Of a stretch of 64,000 bases of DNA, positions 1 through 12,171 are shown piece by piece. Positions within the stretch are counted from its first letter, which is position 1, and the number at the start of each line of letters is the position of its first letter. Under the pieces are notes generated by a model. The model had not been told where the DNA came from. It worked only from the letters and a program-made list of their open reading frames with translations, and searched no databases. The stretch is from Amoebophrya sp. A120. Its lineage: Eukaryota; Protista; Dinoflagellata. The stretch is taken from contig CAJINV010000007.1 of NCBI GenBank assembly GCA_905178155.1, positions 2,151,151 through 2,215,150 on the forward strand, given 5' to 3'. The translations under genes and the position numbers were made by a program.

Positions 1-959
1 GAAAAGGCTAATAAGGTGATCCCGTCCGGCATGGCATCAGAAGTGCTACAATACTCACATCGATGTCGATCCGAAGGAGCATGGAGCGTTGAACAACTCT
101 ACGAATCAACTTCAGCGACTTTGCTCCCGGTCCCGGATCTTTTGCACAACAACTCTATCAAAAATCATGTGCTGTTTCTGTCTGGCAATCACCGCCACCT
201 GGCTGTTGCTTTATCTTCGTGAATTAGCTTTGACTTGTTCCTGTTCGTCTTCGTTCATCATATTTGGATACCCTTTGATGAAGCACCGTCTTGGTACACT
301 TTGCAAACGCAATTTGGCAAAAGCCTCTTTTAGAAGTGCGAGCGAAAAGCTGCACCTCTAGCTATCATCGAATTACAAAATAACAAGACAATATGGGAAG
401 TAGAACGAGAAGTAAATTTCAAGGAGCGTGAAGAAAACGATTGTTCTTAGGTTCGCCGGCAGCGCATAGCCGCGACGTTGAGGTACTTCGACACAACTGA
501 AAGTTCTGAAAAGAGCTCTGAGTTTGCTATATTCAAGAACGAATTTTGGCGTGACATTTTAGAAAATCAAAATCAAGAAGACTTTACTTTCTCAGTCGAA
601 TACCACGGAGGCAGCAGCCCTTCCTGGCGGTTGCTGCTCCACGATTCGCTGATCTCTTCTCGGGTCTTTGAACGCTACAGATAAATAAGGTCTTATTAAA
701 AGAGGTTGCAATCTATATGTAATTCGAGGAAAAAACTGAAGGGTCTTGTACTACAACACTAGCTTTGGTTTGTTGTTCTTGTTACATGAGGGAGAAATTC
801 TAATTTACCATTTCTGGAGGCGAACAAGTTCAGGCTGCTCTCCTTACCGTCTAACAGTAACAAGGAAAAACAGAATCACAGGAAGATAAAAAAGCGGTAG
901 CAGATGTTGATATTCCTGGTTGTTCCTCTCCTCTGCTACTCGCCCTCTTCCACCACTCC

Positions 960-3900
960 TCACACCTCATCTCCCATGTACCGGTCTTCGAGCCAGCTTC
1001 GAGCGTACTCGTTTTGCAGCCCCGGGTCCAGCAGTTTCGGGTCGCCCTTGCTGGCCTTTTCGAAGAACTTTTTGTCGTCCTTTTTGGAGTCGGAGGGGTC
1101 GTGGTCGCACCGCCACGCGCCGAAGAGAAACAGCGCGAGCATCAGCGCTATCCCGAAAACGGACGCCGTGTAGATGATGAACCCGATGTCTGGGTCCATG
1201 ATGCTGTCCATGTAAGGACAGATCGACCGATATATGTTGTCCGGACACAGCGACACGAATATGCTCCGTAACGGGAAGTCACGGAATATGTTCTTGAAAA
1301 ACCCGTCCTCTTCGTGCAACGCGGACTGGATGTCCACCTTCAGCCCGTCCAGCAGTTGCAGCAGCTCGTCCGCCGACCGCGTGCTGCCGTCGCTGCTCGG
1401 CCGGAAGATCGTGTTCACGATCACCCCCTCGGTCGTCGCTGCGGCGCCCGTGCCCGTTCGGGCCTCGGAAATGGACGCGACGACAAAGGTTTCGGAACTC
1501 ACGCCCAGCAGCTGTCCCAGCTCGTACGTGAAGCGGTAGACGTAGTATTTCCGCTCCGGGTGCTCGTCCGAGCGGTTCCAGATCATGTTATTTACCGCCT
1601 CGGGACTGGACATCTTGATCGGGACCATCAGCGTTCGGCTGTAGATGTCTTCCACCCCGCCCTTCGTCGTGGTCAGCGTGTAGGTTGTTCCGTTCAAATA
1701 CGGGTTCACGCGGTGGCCGACCATGTGCAGCTGCATGTTGGGGTCCACGTCTGGGCTCGTCGCCGCGGCGCTCGACGCGTCCATGGCACCGGAGGATGAG
1801 GTGGACGAAGCGGACGCGTCGGTGGACACGAGCTGCACCACGTTCTGCGCCAAGGCCTCGGCTTCGCTCGTTGCGACCGTGGACTGGGTGGTGGAAAGGT
1901 TGGTGCCCGGCTCGATGAAGATCGGGCTCGTTCGCCCAGGCTTCAGCTGCGACGCGGTTGCGTCAATGAAGAAAGCGGGGTCGGAATAGCTGTGGTTTGT
2001 TCGTATTTTCGAATTCAATGTTGTACATGTAGTCATAATATAGAGAACGCGCACGAAGAGCGGTCGTAGTAGTTTGGAAAGAAAAAACCATCAAACTCGT
2101 ATATCCTTGTACCCGTAAGTCTCCTCATTCTCGCACCTCCCGGCGACCGGGATGGTATCCGGCGGACAGTGGGTCACGCAAACAGTCCCGTCCACCGCCA
2201 CCTTGCCGGGTGGGCAGCTGGGCCGGACGATCACCATCCCGACGTCGTAGATGATATCGCGATGCAAGACGCAGATCCGAAAAAACCCGGCTTCTAAACC
2301 AGTGACCCCGTGAAACGTCAGCTCGTCCGCACCCTGCGAGAGCTCCCTGGAGGTGTAGTTGCTGAAAAACCGCAGCTCCGCGAAGGGGTCGTAGTTGTAA
2401 AACGCCTGGCGCTATCCTGTGCAAAAGTATCGCACTCGTATTGCAATCATGCATTGCAAGTCTTTTTCTCAAGGTAAATCAGCATCACAGATTTTGTTTC
2501 TCATGCTGAGAAAATGCTATGCATTTATACGAGTACGATACTTTTGCACAGGATAGGTACAGGGTCAACGCGTCGATCGTGGTCGTCGCCGTCGCGGTCG
2601 TAAGGACGCGGGGCTCGGCGGATGAGGGGACATCTTCTTCGGGATCCACATCGATGTCGATGCCTGTAGATAATTGTCGTGTAAATAAGATGATGAAGAG
2701 TCATGTATTTGAGGTGGGGAAACTGGGTTCAGCCTCTCTTTTAAGTAATTTATGCTTTTCTTCGCAGACGTAACAATATTCGCCTGTTTCAACATGCTTC
2801 CATCACAAAAGTAACACGCGACAAGTGAGTCTCTTAGTTGCAGTATACCTTCCAGATTCCTTCCCTCGTCTTCTCCTTTCGCGGCCCAGTAGGCGTTTTC
2901 GATTTCGAACGCCGCGTTTTCCAAGGCCCGCTCCGTCTCGACCGAAAACTCCAACTTTGTCTGTTCCGATTCCAGCGCAGCTAGCGTCCGCGCTTTCCCG
3001 AAGTTCGCCTGTTCTACGTGGATATGCATTGCAAAAGTATCGTACTAGTATCCTATAAATCGCAATACAAATTTTTTCAGAAGGAAAAATGGAATTTGTA
3101 ATGCTGATTTCGGTAAGAAATAAGATTTGTCATGCATAATTGCAACCAGCCACCCCCCGGCGGAGGCCGCCGGGGAGGGGGCTGTTCGGTGGAGGTGTTC
3201 CGGTGGGGAAGGTGGCGCCAGCAATGACCGCGCGCCGCTACACAACCAAATAAAAAGAACCCGGCCCATGTTTCGGCTATGATCGGCACCATGCCCGGCC
3301 TTAGTAGCTGCGCGCCGTGGGAAAATGCGCACAGGAAACTATTTCCGGGCGCCAACGTTCAAGACGCCACAAGGGCGACGCACCTGCTGCCAGCGCGCGC
3401 GGTCGCTGTGGGAAAGAAGTTGCGGCCACCCTAGGTGGCCGACCAGGTTAAGGCGTGGCGCCGCGCCCCCTCTGGGGGACGCAGAGCGGCGCACGCACTT
3501 TGAACGCCCGCTCTGATCTGAAAGCGAAATAAAACAATGCCGGCCGGTCGCTGCGCCCTAGCGAGCTTCTTTAGGGGGCGCCGCGCGCAGACAAGTGGGC
3601 AGGCTGTGCTCCTGGAGGTGGTCCGCGAGAGGGTCCGCGAGAGGGTCCGGGAGAGGGTCCGGGAGAGGGTCCGGGAGAGGGTCCGGGAGAGGGTCCGGGA
3701 GAGGTTCGGAGAGGGTCCCGGAGAGGGTCCGGGAGAGGGTCGGAGAGGTCCCGAGAGGGTCCGCGGAGAGTTAAAATAGAGGTTCCCGGAGAGGGTCGCG
3801 GTAGAGGGTCACATAGAGGGTCGCCCTATACTACGCACCCTCTCGGACCCTCCCGACCCTCTCCCCCTACCCTCTATTTGACCTCTGTCCACCCTCTACC

Positions 3901-6900
3901 TACCCTCTTCGGGCGTATAGCGCCGCTATAAGGGCCGACATACTACCCACCCTCTCCCTACCCTCTCCTTTACCTCTCGCTTTACCTCTCCCCGACCCTC
4001 TATCTTTCCCCGACCCTCTACTTTACCTCTCCCAACCTCTATTTTACCTCTATGGAACCTCTCCCCACCCTCTACCGGAACCTCTCCGGCCCCGTTTTCT
4101 TCCATATATAAATATATTAATTAGTACGAGTACGATACTTTTGCACAGGATAGTGGATTCTGCGAAGAATTTCCGCGTCGAGTTGGTCCAGGATTTCGTC
4201 GATTTCCCTATCGGCTTGAGTCTTTTTAGATGCTGTGCCTCTACTTTTGCTGGAAGATGTACTGGGTGAAGATGATCCTGCTAGTATTTGCTCTTCGATC
4301 AATTCTCTTCTCTGCACCGGTTCCCCTGGGGTCTGGAACTCCCGGTAGGAAGCGAATTTGAATGCCGGGTTCAAAACCTCGTTTTGCGCCGCAAAAATCA
4401 TCTCATCCAGCTCCCGGCTTTCGACAATATCCGACCAATGTCTGATCCCGCCCCAGTAGTCGACCTCCTGCAGTTTTCTACCGGATTTAGATGACTTCGA
4501 CGTCCTCTTGTCTAGCTCTTTGTCCTTGCTACTGGCACTACCTCCGGGCAACGCAGCTGCGTTACTTGCAGCTGTGCACAGCATTTCGCTGCTTCCGCAC
4601 TTTGCCCACCCGACCTCGTTCATCTTCGCGGTTCTTCTTTCCTCTAGTCTTTGTCTCAGCTCCCGCTTCATCGTCCGCATGAATTCCTGTCTTCTCCGCA
4701 ACGCCCGGTCTTGCCGCGCGTTGGCCGCGTGGATTTCTAGGCGCTCCATAATCCGGTCGTGCTTCTTCACCTCCGCCTCCAGCCATTCGCTGCTGTGCTC
4801 CAGCGCCGCTTCCGGGACTTTCCCGTCGGGCGAGAAGGCCGCCGGGTTTTCCTTCAACAATTCTTCCAACTCCCGCCTCCTTTCTTCCCGTCGTAGCCGC
4901 CGGGCTGACACCACCGTCGCCCCATTCCCGTTGCTATCCGGCGCCGTGCCGTACAGGTTGGCGAACACCCGGAAGTTGTCCGGGACGGGCGGGCACTGCT
5001 CATCCAAAGGCACGAAACCCACGCGGTCGGCCTCTTCGAGCTGGAAACCCCGGATTTTCAGGGGGACCGGGGCACCTGAGGGCGTGGGAGGGGGGATTGC
5101 AGTTTTTCTTTTTTGTCCTCGAAAAGTTGGTTTACTAAAAAATTGCCAGGATTATTGATGCCAAAGAACTTCTGCACAAACTGGCGTAGATTTCATTTCT
5201 TCATCATGTGTGTAAGCCCGTGTAAGTTCAATCTTCAAAGCACAAAAACGATAAAACGAATCTAACTCATTGACGTACCATCCGGAGCCAAATCCGCGAA
5301 GCACCCGCCCTCCTGCAGTTCCTGCGTGCTGCAGGGGTTGGTGACGACATTTTGGTTGATCGTGCACATGGACATCCGGGGCTCGATCGTGCGCGTACCC
5401 GTTTCGTATTGGTACATACAGAACCTCTGGTTCAAGTGCGGACCGTCGCCGACCATTGGCGAGTTTTTCACTTTGGCTTGCTTGATGTTGTTCACACCGG
5501 ACTTGATCTGTGAAAATGGTTTTTGATTTTGGTCGTGGTGTACTTCTCATGCTCTTTAACGAAAGCCAGAACTTGGAAGACTAGAGTTGTCATGCGTGGT
5601 GCCATGCAGAAATATCAAATATGTACCTTCAACTCCGGGTCGTCCTGTTCTAACGTTGCCGGCAGCTGAAATCCCTGCGATTCCTGAATGGTCAAGGACA
5701 GCGTCTGGTTTCCCCGGAGCACCTGGCCCTGCGCGATGGAAATCGTCAAATCCTGGGTGGTCGGATTCCAGGTCGCCTCGTAGCCCTCGATCATGGCCGC
5801 GTCCGGCCCCGTCATGTGGATCTTCGTGTTCCCCAACGCATTGGTGAAGCCGTAGAGCCGCAAGACGATGTCGTCGTTCGGACCGATATCCACGGTCGGC
5901 TTGAACATCATGCTGAACATGAACGTGGACCGAGCGTTCCGGGGGTCGTAGGAGAAAGTGGAAATGTCAAACGACCGGTCGACCACCTGCGGAGAGGAGC
6001 GAATCGGCTGGGACTTGATGATCTGCTTCGTCGTGGTTTGAATCGTCAACCGCGGGTCGTTGGGGTCTAGCCTGCTGGGCAGGCGGAACACGACGTTGGC
6101 CTGGTTCGACTTTATCGTCATCTTGTGCACCTGGTTCGGCGGGATCTCCTCCCCGGCGCGGAGCGTTAGATCCAGGGTGGAAGCTTCCTGGTTCCACTCC
6201 CCAAAGTACTCGATCACGTCCAGAACCTGCGTGGCGCCGTTGGCTGCGGTAGTTGTGACCTGCACCGTCCTCCGGGAGAAATAGGAATAGTGCAGGAGCG
6301 ACTCACCAGGAGGTGGCTCGAGTTTTGGTTGGGCGACCGCGCAGATGAAACCTAGAAAAAAAAATTGGTTGTCGTGATGTGCAAACTTTTGCTACAATGG
6401 ATTCGCTCAATCAGCCAGAAAGCGCTGCAGCATAGCATGCAGTGTAACCTTACGCACGATGGTATGATGCGTAGCGATAACAATTGCGCAGGAGAGCGTG
6501 AAGGAGAACATGATGCGCGGTGGGACGACAACGCATTCTTACGCTATAGACCAAAAAACTACACGAAGAAACCACAAAACAACAAACGGATCATCCGTTT
6601 CTTTACCCGGCAAAGTCAGCCGTATTGTCGTTCCACTTGGCAACGCGACGTTGGTTGCGAATTCTATCGTCAGATCCATGGGTGAGTTCGGATGCGCCAC
6701 CGACCCGACGGCACCGTAGGACAGCTGCGACTCCGTGAACTGCTTCCCCATGTCGTTTACCCGAGTCGTGAAATTGAACAGTTGCTGCGGAATCCCCGCC
6801 GCGGGGACGGCTATCTTCAAAGACGGGTCGTTCAAGTACATCGCGAAGGGAAGTTTGAACCTCTGATCGTACTCAATGAAGAAGATGGTCTCGACCCCCG

Positions 6901-9900
6901 CTGGCACCGGCGCCAAATTTGGGATGATCTGCGCCCGCAACTCGGACGAAACCGAGTCCCAGTACCCGGAACTGTAGGTGATCGCGCCGGAAGTGATGTT
7001 GGTGTACGCAAACATGGGTGCGTTTTTCCCGGATAAAGTGATGATCCCGGATTCTAGATTACCCGTTCCCACATCTCGTGTCAGCCCACCCATGGTGATG
7101 ATGATGGTCGAGTTCGGCCGAATATCGGAGTTCGCCTTGAAGTTGAACATCACCCTTGCGATGGAATTCGACAGCGTCCCCTGCGGCCCCGCGGCGGATT
7201 CAAACACCATCTCGCTGTTCGTGATGTACTTTTTCCCACCGAGTGCGGGCGTTTTTTTCAACATCTCCTTCGCGATGTACGCGCCGCGGCCCTCTATGTT
7301 CAAGATCCCGTCGTTCTCGGACAGTTTGTCTGGTAACCGGAAGCCCTGGTTTATCTCGATGCGGAACACCGTTGCTTGGGTTCGGTGGAGGATGTGGCCC
7401 TCGCGCACGCGGAGAGTCAAAGTATAGGTCGATTGCGTCCAGTCGCCACGGGAATGCGAGCCGTAGGCGTAGAACCTGTTTTATTTTTGAGAAGTTTGGA
7501 TCATCGAAAGTGGGCAGAAAAATGGACCATCTCTGGTGATGTCATGCGTTGTTTCACAAGACAAACCTCTTCTTGTGCAGATAGGTACCAAGTCCGCAAC
7601 AGAAAAATTTCGCCCCACGACTTACACCTTAAGTAGAACAGTATTTTTACCTAAAAGCATCCGCCCCGGTCAGAACAATTTCCCGACTGCTACACCGGAA
7701 TCCGTACAGGTACAGCAACACCTCGTCTCCCTGGTAAAAGACAATCGACGGCTGGATCGTGAAGGTGACGTTACTCACCACGTCCGGCTCGTTGGGCGAA
7801 AACCGGATTTCCGACCGCGTGAACTCCTTTTGTCCGTTGTTGATCGCAGTGGAGGCCATGATAGATCGCTTCGGGGACTCCACCCCGTCCCAGTCGCGGT
7901 TCCAAATCAGCAACGACGGGTCGTTCTCGTACATCGCCGGAGGGATTTGGAGGTCGACGAAAGTGACGGAAATCAGATTTGGCGCTTGGGAATACAGCGT
8001 CCGGATGACTTTCACAGTGAGTTCGTTCCTGGCCAGGTCGAACACGGCCTCCTGGTTGCGGAAGTACTGGATGTAGCTGCCTACTAACGGCACTTCAATA
8101 ATCTCCGCACTGAAACCCGGAAGACGCAGGTAAATCTGGATAATTTTGTTTTGTTCGCAGGTTAGGTGAGTTCTATCATCTTTTTGTTGATGTAATGCTC
8201 ATCGATCCTCAGCATGGAATTTGCGAACGCGATGCAGAATCAGGCATCGAAGAACGATTTGGTACGTAATAAATGCAGAATAATCACAGCAAGCATGTAA
8301 TATACCAAGCTGTCTTTCCAGAGTGGTGTGTTTGTCTGGAAGGTGAGCGTCACATCTACGTAGGTCTTCGTCATCTCTGCATTCTGTCTCGCCGAGCTGT
8401 ACTGTAGCCGTGACTGGAGGAACATGCGCATCTCTTGGATCTGGGTTTCGAGTTTTTTTGGGAAAAAGTTTGATACGATGCATGGCTTCAACGTTGAAGC
8501 AAACTTCTTTGTCATGCTAAAAAGAGCAGCAAAACAAGAAACAAGAAGATCCACTATCAAAAATCTAAATCATCTCTCTACCCTGTCACTCTGGAAGACC
8601 GGGGTTGGCTGGATCACTTCGTCTACCCCGTCGTAACTGAATGCTGCTACTTTAAGCCGGTTTGAATTCGAAGGCAACGAGTTCGGCAGAATGAAATCGT
8701 CCTTGATCGTCTTAAAGGTGATCATCTTCGACGGCGGCAGCACGGAGTCCGTGCGCAGGAAGAAGGTCAGCGCTTTTGAGGTGTCGTTGTACATTGCGAA
8801 GTACTCGAAGAGCACCCAGTCACTCCCCTCGGTCTGGAAGCCGACGTTTCCCGTCATGTCGGAAGTGCTGGTGGCGGCTGTAGAAATGTTTTCGTTGCAC
8901 ATGCATGCTGCACACTGAGCACGACGCAAAATTTCTTTTCATCTCCTTTTTTTTGCAAAACCTGAATGACAAACTACCATGATTATGATAACAAGCACCA
9001 CCACCACGAAACAAAAAAAAATACAGCTCGACGACAGGAAGTTTTGCCAGCTTTCCGACTGGATGTTCCGGGTTAAATCGGGCAGATACGCCACGATCCT
9101 TGCTCCGTTCCTCAACTCGCTGTTGACCTGTACCTTAATGGACACAACCGATTCCGCGTTCGACAATGCGGGATCGAACCTGACTTCTACGTGCGTGAAG
9201 TAATTCACCCGGATGATCTGCGGCACGGCTTTGATGGGTTGCGGCGTCCCGTTTTCGGGTAGGGTGTAACTGTTGGTCGGCTCGGTCCCGAGCTCGTTGG
9301 GCACGTAGGAGAGCTGACTGGCTATCAACGTGAAATCCAGCGGGTTTTCCGATAGCTGGTCCGGCAGGACGAAGCAACACAGCTCCAGATTCGCGTTCGC
9401 CGAGTGCAGAATTTCGTACTTGTCTTTCACTTTCAATTGCAAACTGTACTGCACAAAATCGAAATACGCCGGCGTTTCAAACAACCCGTTTTGGTCCGTG
9501 TTGTACGCCGTCGTGGGGTTCTCCCCCACCGCCGGCTGGTTCGTGCCCGTCACCTCAATTTGCCTCTTGTTCGGGTCCGTCGGGTGGGGTTTCAGGTTTG
9601 AGGGCAGGCCAAAGCCCGGGAGGGCGAAGGTGAGGGCCACGAGTTCCACGGAGTTCGCGACTTGCTTCAACGTGATCGAGGGTCGGAGGATGATTGTCAA
9701 CTTCGCGGTGACACCAGGTCCGGACGGGTTGTACGCGAGAACGGAGACGGGGAAGGTTGGGGGACAAAGCTCTTTACGGAATTGCTGGTAAGCGTCTTCC
9801 GTGCAGACGTTCTGGTGTTATGATGTTTTTGTTGTCCCTTGTTAATTGTCATGTAGGATTCTACGGAGAGAAAGCAAAGCATTTCTGTTTCTCAAGCATG

Positions 9901-11214
9901 AGCATGACACGAAATAACAAATTCCTCTAGCGAAATCGAGGCATACACGAATATTCATACCTGCCACACCGCAGCCACTTGCAATTGCCGCTCCGCGTGT
10001 GCTTCTGCTAATTCTCGGCCCTCCAACCCGTCTAATTTCACGTCGTCCTTGATTTGTTTCAACTTTTCTTGCCAGAACACGGGTAAGAGCTTTTCCCGCT
10101 CTTCCTCTTCTGTGCTGCTTTTCGTTACGATGTCAAACGTTGGCGGGTTGTCTGTGTCGTAATTTCTGTCTAAATTCGTGGAGTCCGATGTTGTCCCTAC
10201 AGACACGACCCCGTCGCTGTGGTAGGCAAACTCATCCTGCAGTTCCTGCTCCAGTTTCCGTTTCTTCTGCCGCTTCTTCTGCTGGTACTGCTTCTCGGCT
10301 AGATGCGTAGCGGTTTGCTGAGAGGACGAGGTGGTGGATAGGGAAGCTGTAACACCGACCGAAGCGAAGTTGCTAAATGCAGCTATGGTGGAGGCGAAAA
10401 GCCCAAATTTGGTGCTCCTCGACGACGCTGATGCTGTGCTGTGTGGTCCGTCATGTCGTTTGTTGCACCGGAACGAATTCAAATTCTTGCCCTTGATATT
10501 CACAAACTGGTGCTGCCTTGGACTTGTTGGGGGTGTTTTTCTTTTCGGTTTTATGGTCATAGCAGGATCATTTTCTTTGTGCTGTCCCGAGAAGCAATTG
10601 CTGGAAGAAGAACTGCTCGGTGAAGGTGGAGATGACGGAAATGTTTGTTCTCTTGGCGTTGTTTTCGTCATTAAGTTTGCAGCAACATATTGTTCCCTCG
10701 GTCTACTACCTTGCTCCTCTTCGTCTTCCTTCGGAACCATGTCGAAGTTGCCAAGCAGTGGCGCAGCACTGGTCATCCGTATTCTTGGCAGCCTGTTCAT
10801 GCGGTCAACCTTTTGAATTTGATCAAAGACGTGCAATGAGGGATGTGCGCGTATGAAACTTGCAGAAGCTGCTTCTGGAATGCACCTTGGTGACGGGGGC
10901 TCTGCAACTCTCGATGTTCTGCAACTCGCGCTGGTGAAACTAACGTCAAAGCTATCTCCACTGCTGGGTTTGCTTTCTCTTCCTGGTGCATCAGCATCTT
11001 GCGTCGGGGGCGCACCTATCCTAGCCAAAAAAGAAGGCCTGCCGACCTCGCCAGCAGTGCTCGTGCAGCCCGGTTTATCCGCAAAAAAGGATTTTGTTTC
11101 TTGACCTCCTCCACCAGTCGGGCTACATCTTGACGTTTGCTCCTGCGGCCCTCCAGAACAAGTTTGTCCTCCTGTACTGGAGGGCGAGGAGCCACCTGAG
11201 GAGAAAAGGCCCAT
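960..11214 (-). CDS. Giant (~2,425 aa) multi-exon membrane/surface protein with ~7 beta-rich repeat modules and a C-terminal TM helix
   Basis: Deduced exons: 11214-9961, 9784-9025, 8877-8582, 8440-8306, 8135-7651, 7475-6607, 6351-5627, 5507-5279, 5075-4153, 3017-2849, 2663-2556, 2407-2113, 1989-960. They sum to 7278 nt and stay in frame. Ten introns are GT-AG and two are TIR introners. Recurrent motifs: LTFALPGF, IYLRLPGF, VLLYLYGF, IRLTLPGF, IVLRLYGF and NDPxLxI. TM segment IGFIIYTASVFGIALMLALFLFGAW. Confidence 0.8.
2413..2555. mobile_element. Introner (MITE-like intron), family A, 143 bp
   Basis: TIR tatcctgtgcaaaagtatcgcactcgta (2413-2440) and tacgagtacgatacttttgcacaggata (2528-2555), 27/28 matching. 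Degenerate 5-bp TSD ggcgc/ggtac. Removal gives in-frame ...ALTLYQAFYNYDP... Confidence 0.9.
3146..4124 (-). mobile_element. Non-autonomous Helitron-like element (979 bp) nested in an introner
   Basis: Inserted exactly at an A|T site that is empty in the sister copy (ctcgta|ttgcaa), with no TSD. The minus-strand 3' end is CTGG, preceded by the hairpin CCCCGGCGG-CCT-CCGCCGGGG (3155-3175). The 5' end is CTAATTAATA. Confidence 0.75.
3615..3770 (+). repeat. 12-bp tandem array (GAGAGGGTCCGG)n
   Basis: Directly visible, about 12 units. A degenerate complementary ACCCTCT-rich array follows at ~3836-4090. Confidence 0.95.
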
Positions 11215-12171
11215 CCTGAAGAATTCACTTCAAGATGGGACCTCTGAGTTCCTCCACCTATGATTTTCTAGCATGCAAAATTTTAATTTTGTTGAATTCA
11301 TCATGCGGGTACGTGAGGGTGCGCTTTGCAACATATGGAGGGGTACTCCCAGGGACGAAGGAGAGAAAAGAGCTGTGAAATGTCGTGATCATGTGTGCCC
11401 TCTCCTTCACGAATATCATATAATTTGAATTGCAGCTCACTCCGACACGTACGACGATTTGCGTTTGCACAATACCACACGACGCAGCTGGAAAAGCAAA
11501 ATTAGTCTCCACCTCTAGCGATATGAACTCCAACAAAATAACGAAGGGAATCATTGTTCTTCACTCTGCAGAACCATAGTGGCGCGCTGCTCCCTCGTCA
11601 ATCAACTCTCCTCTAAAAACTCACACTCATTACACTCATTCACTTCGATGTCTACTTCCACTCGCGGTCCTCTATCTCGATCTCGAACTCAAGCGCGCTC
11701 GATTAGTTACGCTCGCTGTAGTTGAATTGATGTTTCCGCTTAGAAATAGCAGCGCTTTGTTTCTTGAGAACATCAAGGGGACCGCATATTACCATGAGAC
11801 ATTGACATTTGCAAAGACTTGCCGTTTGCGTTTACCGCCCTATAATTTGGCTTTTTTTATATAATTGGTCGGAGAAGATGAACGAGATGTTGTTGAAAGA
11901 TTGCGACCAGATCATTCCTGCAGTGTCTTTTTGAAGATTCACCAAACTTTCTCCTACCCAGGTCCACGCTCTCGAAAAAGTGCATTTTCGTGGTCCATGT
12001 TGGTGCGGAAGAAAAGGCACAAAAACTTGCTGGACGTACAACTCATCATTGGATGCCATGTTGAGCAGCAGTTATCGGTGTCAGCACCGCCCCGCCGCGT
12101 TAAACAGAATCTCTATGGTTATCATATGAAATAAGCCTACTCCAGGAGACCGTCCACTCTTCGCACCCTCG

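Larger units (their letters stand above)
3023..4152. mobile_element. Introner family A (opposite orientation to the 2413-2555 copy) carrying a nested insertion
   Basis: Ends tatgcattgcaaaagtatcgtac and gtacgatacttttgcacaggata. Exact TSD gtgga at 3018-3022 and 4153-4157. Bases 3055-3145 align with the reverse complement of the interior of the 2413-2555 copy. Removal gives ...LRRIHVEQANF... Confidence 0.9.

Noticed and set aside
1-400. Possible minus-strand exons at the window edge
   Set aside because: Splice-like sites are present, but no consistent frame or motif could be established.
3615-3770. CRISPR-like or telomeric array
   Set aside because: The units are contiguous with no unique spacers, there are no cas genes, and the unit is not a TTTAGGG-type repeat.
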